Part shown: piece after piece, positions 36,999 through 46,676 of the stretch
Numbering within the stretch: position 1 is the stretch's first letter
How the letters are laid out: each line of letters opens with the position of its first letter
Assembly: GCA_036231405.1 (NCBI GenBank)
Contig: JAZAHK010000026.1
Span: 1 to 49,561 of the forward strand
Length of the DNA: 49,561 nt
Origin: Nitrospinota bacterium
GTDB lineage: Bacteria; UBA8248
Direction of reading: 5' to 3'
Notes under the pieces: model-generated
The model's input: the letters and a program-made list of their open reading frames with translations, nothing else
Told to the model about the DNA's origin: nothing
Database searches by the model: none
Position numbers and translations under genes: made by a program

Positions 36999-37721
36999 TT
37001 AAACTGGATGAGCTTCTAACTCTCCGTGGTGTTCATCATCGTGGTCGTGTCCCTCTAATGAGCCTGCGATATAAATCATCGTTAAAAGAACAAAAACAAA
37101 AGTCTGTATAAAACTACCAAAAATTATGAACATCTGCATAGCCCAAGGGATAGGCAAAAAAACTTGGAAACAAAGAAGCATTAATACACCTAGAACAAGT
37201 TCTTCCCCTGTAATGTTCCCAAATAATCTCAGAGTTAAAGAAAGCGGGCGTGCAAAATGTGAAATTATCTCTATAGGAACCATGAGAGGTGCGAGCCACA
37301 TTATGGGGCCTGTGAAATGTTTTAAATATGCCCAGCCACTTTTCTGGAATCCAACATAATGAGTTGCAAGAAAAACTGTTAGGGCACAACCTATGTTTGT
37401 ATTTATATTACTTGTTGGAGCCATGAATCCAGGTAGTATTCCAATTAAATTTGACAGGAAAATATATACTCCTAAAGTGAAAACTAAAGGAAAATATTTC
37501 TTTCCCTCTTCTCCCAATGGTCCTTCCATAAAACTAAAAACAGCGTCGAACAGTGTTTCGAAAACGTTCTGTTTCCCGAGTGGAATAATTTGAAGGGTTC
37601 TGGTTGTAAGAAAGGCAATTAAAAGTACTACCACCATTACTGCCCATGTATAAGTTACATTAGGAAAATCAGAAAGGGCCGGGAAGAAATCTAAATATAA
37701 AAAAGGGTGAAACTTTTCCAT
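36999..37721 (-). CDS. atpB: ATP synthase F0 subunit a
   Basis: PTSNIN, RPLSLTLRLFGN, IQTFVFVLLTMIY. Confidence 0.96.
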   Translation of the reverse strand: MEKFHPFLYLDFFPALSDFPNVTYTWAVMVVVLLIAFLTTRTLQIIPLGKQNVFETLFDAVFSFMEGPLGEEGKKYFPLVFTLGVYIFLSNLIGILPGFMAPTSNINTNIGCALTVFLATHYVGFQKSGWAYLKHFTGPIMWLAPLMVPIEIISHFARPLSLTLRLFGNITGEELVLGVLMLLCFQVFLPIPWAMQMFIIFGSFIQTFVFVLLTMIYIAGSLEGHDHDDEHHGELEAHPV

Positions 37722-37727
37722 CGTTAA

Positions 37728-38135
37728 TTAAACCTTTCTAAAATTACTAGATTTAAATGTTTCTGTAATTCCAAAAATGAAAAATGACATAATTGGGATA
37801 GACAATCCGAATACAATAAATATTACTGAAAGATCCAACATTCCTATTCCGATCCAAATAAATGACAAAAGCGCAAGAAATCTTATTGTGTAGAGGAAGT
37901 GTATAGTTATTTTTTTTGCATTTTCTTTGTTGCCAATTAATCTTAAGAAGTATGTATCCATACACTTAAGATTCAATAGAGAAAGAACCCCGAAGGTAAA
38001 AACAGCGAGAAAATCTTTAAAGGTGAAAAAACAAAGTGTGATTAATGAAATTGAAGAAAGCAAAGTAATGCAAAAAATAGAAATCTTTTGTGCTGTTTGC
38101 TTTGAGTCTGAATTTGGTTCAGTAAACTTGCTCAA
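37728..38135 (-). CDS. atpI: ATP synthase protein I (UncI-like, 4 TM)
   Basis: Four hydrophobic segments, conserved-looking R in YTIRF, located directly upstream of atpB. Confidence 0.7.
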   Translation of the reverse strand: MSKFTEPNSDSKQTAQKISIFCITLLSSISLITLCFFTFKDFLAVFTFGVLSLLNLKCMDTYFLRLIGNKENAKKITIHFLYTIRFLALLSFIWIGIGMLDLSVIFIVFGLSIPIMSFFIFGITETFKSSNFRKV

Positions 38136-38324
38136 TTATTTTGTACTCCTAAGTATTTCTCGAAAAGCAGACACAAAACCAAGTATAAGGCCAATGACCA
38201 TTATCCATGGATAAGTTGAAAACAAATAATCCAACCCATAACCCATCAATCCACCAACAAGTGGTGCAGTTACAAAATTCCATCCCAATGAAGCAGCTCT
38301 TAATTGTTTGAAGCTACTTTTCAA
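38136..38324 (-). CDS. atpZ: AtpZ/ATPase gene 1 family protein
   Basis: GGLMGYGLDYLFSTYPW...GLILGFVSAF. Confidence 0.85.
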   Translation of the reverse strand: MKSSFKQLRAASLGWNFVTAPLVGGLMGYGLDYLFSTYPWIMVIGLILGFVSAFREILRSTK

Positions 38325-38420
38325 TTTATTCCCTTCATACTGATTGTAAAAGGGCTATAAAATTATAAATAAACAACTATTGTAAAAAGGGCGAAAACAT
38401 AAATCACACTAACGATCGAA

Positions 38421-38449
38421 AAACTAACAACAGGAAAGTTGAGTGTCAA
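38421..38449 (-). promoter_or_regulatory. Putative sigma70 promoter of atpZIBE
   Basis: TTGACA-N17-TAGTTT with an extended -10 TGn. Confidence 0.6.
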
Positions 38450-38603
38450 GACCTAAAGTTGAATAAAATTATGTCTCTTTTAGATTGAATTTGTTAATAT
38501 TTAAGTGCAAGATTCGATTCTGTTTAGATTGTTGTTTTAAATTAATGTGATTTTTTGTTTAGGTTCTGATTTTCTAATCTTTTATTTTTATAGGATTTTC
38601 TGC

Positions 38604-40025
38604 ATGAATAAGAAGAAACATACAGGTTCTACCAGAAAAAAAATTAGGAAGCCTTGGGGAGGTAGGTTCTCTAGTTTCGCAAACTCTTTCGTAGAAGGCT
38701 TCACAGAGAGCGTTTCGTTTGATTATAGATTAGCAGAGTTTGATATAGAAGGATCAATTGCACATGCTGAGATGTTAGGGGAAAAGAAGATTATTTCTCG
38801 CAATGACTCTAGAAAAATTGTCCAGGGTTTAAAGTCTATTTTATCTGATATTTTGTCTAAAAAGTTTTTCTTTGATCCTAGATTGGAAGATGTCCATATG
38901 AATATAGAGGCTGCTCTTATTGATAGGATAGGTCCTGTTGGAGGGAAACTTCATACTGCTAGGAGTCGAAACGATCAAGTTTCAACATCTTTGAGACTAT
39001 GGTTAAGGGACCAAATTGATGAGATTTTAAATATTTTGAAGGAACTACGTGTTTGCATAGTGACACAAGCAGAAAAAAATATTGAAGTATTGATTCCTGG
39101 TTATACTCATTTGCAAAGGGCTCAACCAGTTTTTCTGTCTCATCACTTGATGGCTTATACTCAAATGTTTAGTAGGGACTATCATAGATTCTCCGAGGTA
39201 AGGAAAAGAGTAAATGTACTTCCGTTGGGTTCTGGTGCTTTAGCTGGAACTAGTCACCCGATTGACAGAGAACTTCTTTCAAAGAAATTGAATTTTGATT
39301 CTGTGTCTTTAAATAGTATTGACGCCGTAAGCGATCGTGACTTTGTGATTGAGTTTGTTTCAACTGCTTCAATTTCTATGATGCATCTCAGTCGTTTAGG
39401 AGAAGAAATAGTGCTTTGGGCCAGTGAGGAGTTTGATTTTATCAATTTGCCAGACGCTTTTGCTACTGGTAGTTCATTGATGCCGCAGAAGAAAAATCCT
39501 GACGTTGCTGAACTCGTGAGAGGGAAAAGTGCAAGGACATATGGAAATCTTGTTTCATTGTTGACAATGATGAAAGGTTTGCCACTCGCGTATAATAGAG
39601 ATATGCAAGAGGATAAGGAGCAGGTTTTTGACGCTTCAGACACACTTCATTCTTCTTTGACTGTTACGTGTTTGTTGCTTGATTCTTTGACCTTTAATAA
39701 AGAAAAAATGTCAAAAGCAGTGAATGAAAGTTACATGACTGCTACTGATATTGCTGATGCGATGGTAAGGAGAGGAATTCCTTTTAGGGATGCTCATGAA
39801 TCTGCTGGTAAGATTGTTTTATATGCCACAGAAAAGGAAATTCCATTTAATGAATTAGTACTTAAAGATTTACAGAAATTTGTTCCTCACGTTAAGAGTT
39901 CAGATCTTAAAGAGGCATCTGTAGAGAGATCCATTGCTAATAGGAATAGCAAAGGAGGCTCGTCTCTCACGAGCGTAAAAAGACAGATAAGGTTAGAGAG
40001 GAAAAAACTTGGAGATATTCTTTGA
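38604..40025 (+). CDS. argH: Argininosuccinate lyase
   Basis: WGGRF, EDVHMNIE, HTARSRNDQ, GSSLMPQKKNPD. Start placed at MNKK. Confidence 0.97.
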   Translation: MNKKKHTGSTRKKIRKPWGGRFSSFANSFVEGFTESVSFDYRLAEFDIEGSIAHAEMLGEKKIISRNDSRKIVQGLKSILSDILSKKFFFDPRLEDVHMNIEAALIDRIGPVGGKLHTARSRNDQVSTSLRLWLRDQIDEILNILKELRVCIVTQAEKNIEVLIPGYTHLQRAQPVFLSHHLMAYTQMFSRDYHRFSEVRKRVNVLPLGSGALAGTSHPIDRELLSKKLNFDSVSLNSIDAVSDRDFVIEFVSTASISMMHLSRLGEEIVLWASEEFDFINLPDAFATGSSLMPQKKNPDVAELVRGKSARTYGNLVSLLTMMKGLPLAYNRDMQEDKEQVFDASDTLHSSLTVTCLLLDSLTFNKEKMSKAVNESYMTATDIADAMVRRGIPFRDAHESAGKIVLYATEKEIPFNELVLKDLQKFVPHVKSSDLKEASVERSIANRNSKGGSSLTSVKRQIRLERKKLGDIL

Positions 40026-40156
40026 GGTATAGATCTTTATTAGTTCTGATTTTTTTGATAATTTTTATTTTTCTTGCTTCTGTTAGTTGTGGAGTTAAAG
40101 GTCCTCCCAAAGCACCTATGAAAAAAGTTTCTAAAGATTTTTCAACAGGGAGATAA
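40022..40156 (+). CDS. lptM: Small lipoprotein, LptM (YifL/LppL) family (44 aa)
   Basis: Not in the ORF track. MRYRSLLVLIFLIIFIFLASVS-CGVKGPPKAP..., TTGA overlap with argH, classic argH-lysA position. Confidence 0.8.
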   Translation: MRYRSLLVLIFLIIFIFLASVSCGVKGPPKAPMKKVSKDFSTGR

Positions 40157-40163
40157 GTTTTCA

Positions 40164-41438
40164 ATGAGTGATGATTTTAGCTATATAAGTGGGGAATTAT
40201 GCGCAGAGCAGATTCCAATTGCAGAACTTGCGGAAAAGTATGGGACTCCATTTTATGTATACAGTCATGCTGCTCTCACGCGTCAATTTAGTAGTTTTAG
40301 TAACGCATTTTCTTCAGTTTCACATTTAGTTTGTTTTGCTATGAAAAGCAATTCAAATATTGCGATACTTCGATTATTTTCTGGAATGGGCGGTGGTTTA
40401 GATATAGTTTCTGGGGGAGAACTTTATAGGGCTGTAAAAGCAGGAGTTCCCGGCGAGAGAATTGTTTTTGCGGGTGTAGGTAAGTCAGATGAAGAAATTG
40501 AATATGCACTAAAGCAAAAAGTTCTCATGTTTAACGTAGAAAGTGAAGAGGAAATGTTCAACATTAATGAGGTAGCTCAAAGAAACAGTCAGGTTGCAAG
40601 AGTGGCTCTAAGAGTTAATCCAGATGTCGATCCGAAGACACATCCATATATTTCTACGGGACTAAAAAAAAGTAAATTTGGAATAGATATTTCGAAGGCG
40701 AGAGAGGAATATGCTCGAGCAGCGAGTTTTGGTTCTATTGAACTTTCTGGGGTTCATTGTCATATTGGAAGTCAAATAACGACTACCTCTCCTTTTGCTG
40801 ATGCAGTAGAAAAGGTAGTAGAACTTGTTGGTTCTTTGCGTTCAGATGGTCATGAGATTTGTTTCTTGAATCTTGGAGGAGGTCTAGGAATCTCGTATAA
40901 AGATGAAAATCCTCCACATCCAAACGATTATGCTAAGACTATTGTCCCGTTGATAAAGGATTTAGGATGTAAAATAATCTTTGAACCAGGAAGGTTTATT
41001 TCTGGCAATGCTGGTGTTTTAGTTACGAGGGTACTATATAAAAAGCAGAACCCAGAAAAACGTTTTGTTATCGTAGATGCTGGCATGAACGATTTGATTC
41101 GTCCAAGTTTGTATGAGGCTTTTCAAAAAGTTTTGCCAGTCGAAGAACAACTTTTGGGCACTACGAAGTTTTTGTCTGATTTAGTAGGTCCTATATGCGA
41201 AAGTGGGGACTATCTTGCGAAAGATAGAGAAATGCCAGAATTTTCTAGAGATAATCTAGTTGCCGTTATGAGTTCAGGTGCATACGGATTCACTATGGCA
41301 TCAAACTACAACTCTCGTCCAAGACCACCAGAGTTGTTGGTTCAAGGAAAAGACTCTTACTTAATTAGAGCAAGGGAGTCTTATGAGGATTTGATTAGGG
41401 GAGAGGAAATACCTTCATTTCTATTGTCTAAGGAATAA
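40164..41438 (+). CDS. lysA: Diaminopimelate decarboxylase
   Basis: FAMKSN, HCHIGSQ, EPGR, GPICESGD, GAYG..MASNYNSRPRP. Confidence 0.97.
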   Translation: MSDDFSYISGELCAEQIPIAELAEKYGTPFYVYSHAALTRQFSSFSNAFSSVSHLVCFAMKSNSNIAILRLFSGMGGGLDIVSGGELYRAVKAGVPGERIVFAGVGKSDEEIEYALKQKVLMFNVESEEEMFNINEVAQRNSQVARVALRVNPDVDPKTHPYISTGLKKSKFGIDISKAREEYARAASFGSIELSGVHCHIGSQITTTSPFADAVEKVVELVGSLRSDGHEICFLNLGGGLGISYKDENPPHPNDYAKTIVPLIKDLGCKIIFEPGRFISGNAGVLVTRVLYKKQNPEKRFVIVDAGMNDLIRPSLYEAFQKVLPVEEQLLGTTKFLSDLVGPICESGDYLAKDREMPEFSRDNLVAVMSSGAYGFTMASNYNSRPRPPELLVQGKDSYLIRARESYEDLIRGEEIPSFLLSKE

Positions 41439-41442
41439 GTAA

Positions 41443-42270
41443 ATGGTTGAAAATATAAAGTTTATGAAATTAAGTGGTAGTGGCAATGATTTCATCTTTG
41501 TTGAAAACTTCGATAATGAATTTAAAGAAGAGTCTATGGCTGATTTTGTTAAGTCAGTATGTAGGCGTGGTCTCTCAGTAGGTGCAGATGGACTTATGTT
41601 TATTGAATCAAGTGAAAAAGCGGATTTTAAGTGGCGTTTTTTTAATGCTGACGGTAGTGAAGGCGAAATGTGTGGGAATGGTGGACGTTGCGCAATACGT
41701 TTTGCTAAAGAAACAGGTCTGATCAAAAAAAAAGGTTCTTTTGAAACTATGGCTGGAGTTTTGGATGCTTCCATTGATGGAAATCGTGTGAAAGTAAAAA
41801 TGACAAAACCACACAGCTTTACACAATCTACCAAGATTATTCTAAGGGATGAGGAAGTATTATTAGATAGTATTAATACTGGAGTGCCACACGCAATTCT
41901 CTACACAAAAAATCTAGATTCTGTAGACGTTCTAAATGATGGTAGAGAGATTAGAAGACATTCTATATACCAGCCAGACGGAACTAATGTGAATTTTGTT
42001 AAAGTTCTTGATAGTAATAATATTACTATAAGAACTTATGAGAGAGGCGTTGAGGATGAAACTCTTGCATGTGGTACTGGTGCTGTTGCATCGTCACTTT
42101 TAGCGGCTGCTCGAAATCTTGTAGAGTCGCCCGTAAATGTGCAAGTTAAAAGTGGAGAGTCTTTGATGATCCATTTTGAAGGGAATCCAGAAGACACAAG
42201 TGATGTTTATATGGAGGGTGACACTAGATTGGTTTATACGGGCGAGATGCAAACGGATGCTCTTGCATAG
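41443..42270 (+). CDS. dapF: Diaminopimelate epimerase
   Basis: GNDF, NADGSEGEMCGNG, YERGVEDETLACGTG. Confidence 0.97.
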   Translation: MVENIKFMKLSGSGNDFIFVENFDNEFKEESMADFVKSVCRRGLSVGADGLMFIESSEKADFKWRFFNADGSEGEMCGNGGRCAIRFAKETGLIKKKGSFETMAGVLDASIDGNRVKVKMTKPHSFTQSTKIILRDEEVLLDSINTGVPHAILYTKNLDSVDVLNDGREIRRHSIYQPDGTNVNFVKVLDSNNITIRTYERGVEDETLACGTGAVASSLLAAARNLVESPVNVQVKSGESLMIHFEGNPEDTSDVYMEGDTRLVYTGEMQTDALA

Positions 42271-42297
42271 ATAATTAAATATTAAGAGGTTTTTAAA

Positions 42298-42942
42298 GTG
42301 AGTGATTTTGATTTAACAATGACTGACAAACTATTGTCAACGACCAGATCTGTCAGAAAGCGTTTAGATTTAGAAAAAGAGGTCGATTTAGATGTGATTA
42401 ATGAATGCCTTCGACTTGCAATTCAGGCTCCCACTGGTTCTAATAAACAGGGATGGAGATGGATAGTTGTTTCTGACGAAGATGCCAGAAAAAGTTTGGC
42501 CGATATTTACAGGACTGGGAATGGTCACTATTTAGAATCTGGAAAGTTGAATGCGTCTGATGGAGGGGAAACACAGAATGAACGTGTTTTCGACTCGGCT
42601 ATTTATCTTGCAGAGAATCTTGAGAAAGTTCCAGTACATGTAATCCCATGTATTCAGGTAAAAGTCCCGCTTAATATGAAAACTACTCTTCCATCTGCTT
42701 TATATGGATCGATTATCCCAGCCATATGGAGTTTTCAGTTGGCGCTTCGATCACGTGGTTTGGGCTCAGTCTATACTACTCCACATTTGGAAAAACCAAT
42801 AAAGGAACTTCTCAAAATTCCAAAAGATTTTATCCCGGTCGCCTTAATTCCTGTTGCTCACACTATTGGCAAAAATTTTAAAGCTGCTAATAGAAAACCG
42901 TTAGAAGATGTAGTTTTTATGAATATTTGGAATAATTCTTAA
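42298..42942 (+). CDS. Nitroreductase family protein
   Basis: TTRSVRKRLD, QAPTGSNKQGWRWIVV, LALRSRGLGS. Confidence 0.9.
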   Translation: MSDFDLTMTDKLLSTTRSVRKRLDLEKEVDLDVINECLRLAIQAPTGSNKQGWRWIVVSDEDARKSLADIYRTGNGHYLESGKLNASDGGETQNERVFDSAIYLAENLEKVPVHVIPCIQVKVPLNMKTTLPSALYGSIIPAIWSFQLALRSRGLGSVYTTPHLEKPIKELLKIPKDFIPVALIPVAHTIGKNFKAANRKPLEDVVFMNIWNNS

Positions 42943-42974
42943 ACTTACTTTTTTGTTTTTATGAGGGATTTGAT

Positions 42975-43778
42975 GTGTCTAAAAGAGTAGTAGTTTCTGG
43001 TGCCGGAGGAAGGATGGGGCAGAGTATTGTTTCTCAGGTATTTAAAGATAAAAAATTAAGTCTTTCTAGTGGTCTAGAACATCCAGGTTTTTCTAGTATT
43101 GGAACCGATATCGGTGTTTTTGCAGGCGTGGGTGAACTTGGTGTTTTGTTTGAATCAGATCCGAATCTAATGGACGGCGATGTTTTGATTTCTTTTGCAA
43201 CTCCTGATGCGACTTTAGAACATTCTAAGATAGCATCTGAAAAAGGTCTGTCTTTGGTTATAGGTACTACTGGCCTAGATGGGTCTCAGCAAGAAGAAAT
43301 AAATCAAATTTCGAAAAAAGTTCCTTGCGTGTTTGCCCCTAATATGAGTGTGGGAGTTAACGTTCTCTTTAGGCTTATTAAGGAAGCGGCATCTTTGCTG
43401 GGTCGTAACTATGATATTGAGTTGATGGAAATTCATCATGATCAAAAAGTAGATTCACCTTCAGGAACAGCGGTTAGAATGGGAGAAATTTTGTGTGAGA
43501 TTACTGGGAAGACCTATCCTGAAGATATAGTTTTTCATAGAGAGGGTATCATAGGGAAACGTGTTTCTGGTTCTATTGGAATCCAAACACTAAGGGGTGG
43601 TGATGTGCCAGGTGAGCACACTGCTTTTTTCTTTGGTTCCGGTGAAAGATTAGAAATAACTCATCGTGCTGGGAATCGGGATAATTTTGCAGCGGGTGCG
43701 GTGAGAGCTGCAAATTGGATTGTAGATCAACCTCCTGGATTGTATGGAATGAATGAAGTTTTAGGAATTGACAGTTAA
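42975..43778 (+). CDS. dapB: 4-hydroxy-tetrahydrodipicolinate reductase
   Basis: GAGGRMG, IGTTG, APNMSVGVN, EIHHDQKVDSPSGTA. Confidence 0.96.
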   Translation: MSKRVVVSGAGGRMGQSIVSQVFKDKKLSLSSGLEHPGFSSIGTDIGVFAGVGELGVLFESDPNLMDGDVLISFATPDATLEHSKIASEKGLSLVIGTTGLDGSQQEEINQISKKVPCVFAPNMSVGVNVLFRLIKEAASLLGRNYDIELMEIHHDQKVDSPSGTAVRMGEILCEITGKTYPEDIVFHREGIIGKRVSGSIGIQTLRGGDVPGEHTAFFFGSGERLEITHRAGNRDNFAAGAVRAANWIVDQPPGLYGMNEVLGIDS

Positions 43779-43811
43779 GAATTCGTGGGTTTAAAGAATA
43801 GGGCGAAGGTA

Positions 43812-44327
43812 ATGTCGAATACCAAGGATGGGATTGAGTATATAAGATTAAAAAATAGCAGGGTTTTGGCTATGGTCGTACGCCAAGATTTCGATAGTTA
43901 TGATTCTTTTCCTCCTTTTTTGGATAATGATTCGGAAAAAGAGCATCTTGCAAAAGCGTATTCTGGGCAAAATTTTGAGTCTGAAAGAAGGACTAAAGCT
44001 CATATTACCGATGACGAATTGCCGTTGCAGATAATTTTACTTAATCGAAGTCCGGGTTCTGTTGTAAATCCTCACTATCATCAGGTTACCGAACGTCCTA
44101 ATAACGAGACTCGTCATCAAATAATGGTTTGTAGAAATGGTTCTATGAAGATTGGTGTTTATTCCAAAGAGGGCGAATTTGCGGGAGATGTAATTTTAAA
44201 GTCCGGAGACTTAATATTGATGTATGAAGGTCATAGAATAGAATTTCTTGAAGAAAATACGAAAGCAATTGAAATTAAAGAAGGCCCATTCCCTGAAACA
44301 GACGAAGCAGATAAAGTAGATTTTTAG
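43812..44327 (+). CDS. Cupin-fold protein (WbuC-like)
   Basis: [22 protein letters not shown]. Start placed at ATG 43812. Confidence 0.65.
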   Translation: MSNTKDGIEYIRLKNSRVLAMVVRQDFDSYDSFPPFLDNDSEKEHLAKAYSGQNFESERRTKAHITDDELPLQIILLNRSPGSVVNPHYHQVTERPNNETRHQIMVCRNGSMKIGVYSKEGEFAGDVILKSGDLILMYEGHRIEFLEENTKAIEIKEGPFPETDEADKVDF

Positions 44328-45274
44328 CTCTGTATTAGCCCCAATTCTTGGGCAAATAATTCCGCAGCCTTTTTGAATGATAATTGGTGTTTTGAGGTAG
44401 GTTTTACAGGCCTATGATATTTCCCTAGAAAACGATTTTTTGATGACCATATTTCTCTTACAAGTAAAACAGAATCAAGTTTTCCATCACTTTTCTTGTC
44501 AATATATATATAATAAAAAAGACTGTTTTGGTTAGTTAATTTTCCAAAATAAGCTTCACCTGCATGGTAAATTTCTTTTTTGAATTCACTCGATGGGATA
44601 ATGAAGGAGAGATTCCTGCTTCCGAAAATTGAATCAACCACTTTAGCTTTGTATGTTTTCCCATTTATTTTTTTAAAAATAGAAAATGTGTTTTCAGCGA
44701 GTTTAGGTTTTGTTTGACTAAGTGCAAATGAAGAAATTTTCCCATAGATAGATTTGTTTAAATTTTTTGAAAGGTTATTTGATAATCCATAAATAAAGAT
44801 AAGTAGAGTTGCTGCAATGGCAATAACAGGGAAACGAAAAATCGAACTTTTTGGATGTAGACTAGGCTTTCCTCTATTGCTGGAAACATCCTCTCGTATC
44901 TCAGATATAGATTTATACATATCTTCTTCGGAAAGATCGACTGGTTCTGGTTTCCATTCTGGTTCTTCAACAATTGCTTTTGAGGATGTAGATGTAACTG
45001 TGGCAGAAGCAGAAGTTGCAGCAGGTTGTGCGGTAAAAAAATCTGCATTGATTTTTGTGTAACTTGACCATTTTGAAGGTAAATCCCCTTCAGCGAAGAT
45101 TGCTTCAACAGGGCAGGCAGGAACACACGCTGCACAATCAATGCACTCTACTGGGTCAATAAACAACATGTTGCTGGAACCGTCTTCTGCTTCATGGATA
45201 CAGTCTACAGGACATACATCAACGCAAGCAGTATCTTTCGTATCCACACATGGTTCTGCAATTACATGTACCAT
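44324..45274 (-). CDS. 7Fe-type ferredoxin fused to a linker, one TM helix and an unknown C-terminal domain (316 aa)
   Basis: C9-x7-C17-x3-C21P-x2-C25 and C44xxC47xxC50xxxC54P; hydrophobic [17 protein letters not shown] at about aa 148-164. Confidence 0.88.
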   Translation of the reverse strand: MVHVIAEPCVDTKDTACVDVCPVDCIHEAEDGSSNMLFIDPVECIDCAACVPACPVEAIFAEGDLPSKWSSYTKINADFFTAQPAATSASATVTSTSSKAIVEEPEWKPEPVDLSEEDMYKSISEIREDVSSNRGKPSLHPKSSIFRFPVIAIAATLLIFIYGLSNNLSKNLNKSIYGKISSFALSQTKPKLAENTFSIFKKINGKTYKAKVVDSIFGSRNLSFIIPSSEFKKEIYHAGEAYFGKLTNQNSLFYYIYIDKKSDGKLDSVLLVREIWSSKNRFLGKYHRPVKPTSKHQLSFKKAAELFAQELGLIQS

Positions 45275-45509
45275 TCAGCAAAATCCTTTGGATAGGGAAG
45301 GTTAAACTAAACACTCCCCACATTAATATATTAACTTTTATTTTATAGCAATAGTGTTTTCTAAATTTAGTTTTTCAAATATCTTCTATTTTATTCTAAT
45401 TTGTTAATTAAAATAACAAGTTCGTTGAGCTTTTTTTCTACTTAGATAATAATCGAGTTTCAATCAACTTTATTTAACTTTAGGATTTTTTTAGGAGGTA
45501 TCTCTTTCA

Positions 45510-46676
45510 ATGGAAATTAAACTTGCTGAACGACTTGGCAATTTGCCACCGTATCTTTTTGCCGAAATAGACCGAATGAAAGAGGAAGCAGCTAACGATG
45601 GAAAAGATATCATAAGTCTTGGAATAGGAGATCCAGATCTTCCTACACCGGAGCACATTATTACACAACTTGATGTTGCTTCTAGGAAAGTTGAGAATCA
45701 CCAGTACCCCTCATATATCGGGATGAAATCCTTTAGAGAAGCGTGTAGTGAATGGTATGAAAATCGATTTGGGGTTTCACTCGATCCTAATTCTGAAGTC
45801 CTCACTCTTATAGGATCAAAAGAGGGAATTGCTCATATTCCACTAGCTTTTGTAAATCCAGGAGATTATGTTCTTGTTCCTGATCCTGCATATCCAGTGT
45901 ATGAGGTAGGTACATATTTTGCTGATGGAAAAGTTCATTTTATGCCACTTAAAGAGGAGAATAGATTTCTCCCTGTACTAGAGGACGTTCCTAGTGATAT
46001 AGCAAAAGCCTCTAAGTTAATTTTTGTTAATTATCCCAACAACCCAACTGCCGCATGCGCAGATATAAAATTTTACGATAAACTTGTAGAGTTTGCGGGA
46101 AGTTATGATGTTATTGTTTGTAGTGATAATGCATACTCTGAAATGTTTTTTGATGGGGTTCCTCCATTAAGTTTTTTGAATGCGAATGGTGCTAAAAAAG
46201 TTGGTATAGAATTTCACTCTCTTTCAAAAACTTACAATATGACTGGTTGGAGAATCGCGTGTGCTGTTGGCAATCCTGAAGTTTTAGCTGGATTAGGGGC
46301 GATAAAAACAAATGTTGATTCTGGGGCTTTTCAAGCAATTCAAGAAGCAGGTATTCGTGCTATAACATCAGACCAATCCTGTGTTGCAGAAATGCGTTCG
46401 ATTTATGAGAAAAGAAGAGATGTTGCTTATAAAGCTTTAAAGGAACTTAATCTTGAGGTAAATAATCCTCAGGCAACTTTTTATATGTGGATTAGATGCC
46501 CGGAAGGGTATACTTCAACAGATTTGACAGCCCATATACTTAAGAACACGGGAGTTGTTACAACTCCTGGTGTCGGCTTTGGACCCCATGGGGAAGGCTA
46601 TATTCGTATGGCTTTAACCGTGCCAGAAGACAGACTTTTGGAAGCTTTCGATAGGATAAAGAAAGTGGGTTTTTGA
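45510..46676 (+). CDS. dapL: LL-diaminopimelate aminotransferase (class I/II PLP enzyme)
   Basis: LPPYLFAEID, SLGIGDPDLPT, LIGSKEGI, NYPNNPT, FHSLSKTYNMTGWR; lysine pathway context. Confidence 0.85.
   Translation: MEIKLAERLGNLPPYLFAEIDRMKEEAANDGKDIISLGIGDPDLPTPEHIITQLDVASRKVENHQYPSYIGMKSFREACSEWYENRFGVSLDPNSEVLTLIGSKEGIAHIPLAFVNPGDYVLVPDPAYPVYEVGTYFADGKVHFMPLKEENRFLPVLEDVPSDIAKASKLIFVNYPNNPTAACADIKFYDKLVEFAGSYDVIVCSDNAYSEMFFDGVPPLSFLNANGAKKVGIEFHSLSKTYNMTGWRIACAVGNPEVLAGLGAIKTNVDSGAFQAIQEAGIRAITSDQSCVAEMRSIYEKRRDVAYKALKELNLEVNNPQATFYMWIRCPEGYTSTDLTAHILKNTGVVTTPGVGFGPHGEGYIRMALTVPEDRLLEAFDRIKKVGF

Noticed and set aside
39967-40164. 65-aa minus-strand ORF between argH and lysA
   Set aside because: Shadow of the plus-strand LptM-like lipoprotein gene.
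45275-45509. Riboswitch or ncRNA in the ferredoxin/dapL intergenic region
   Set aside because: Very AT-rich, only short weak hairpins, and no recognisable lysine or other riboswitch consensus.
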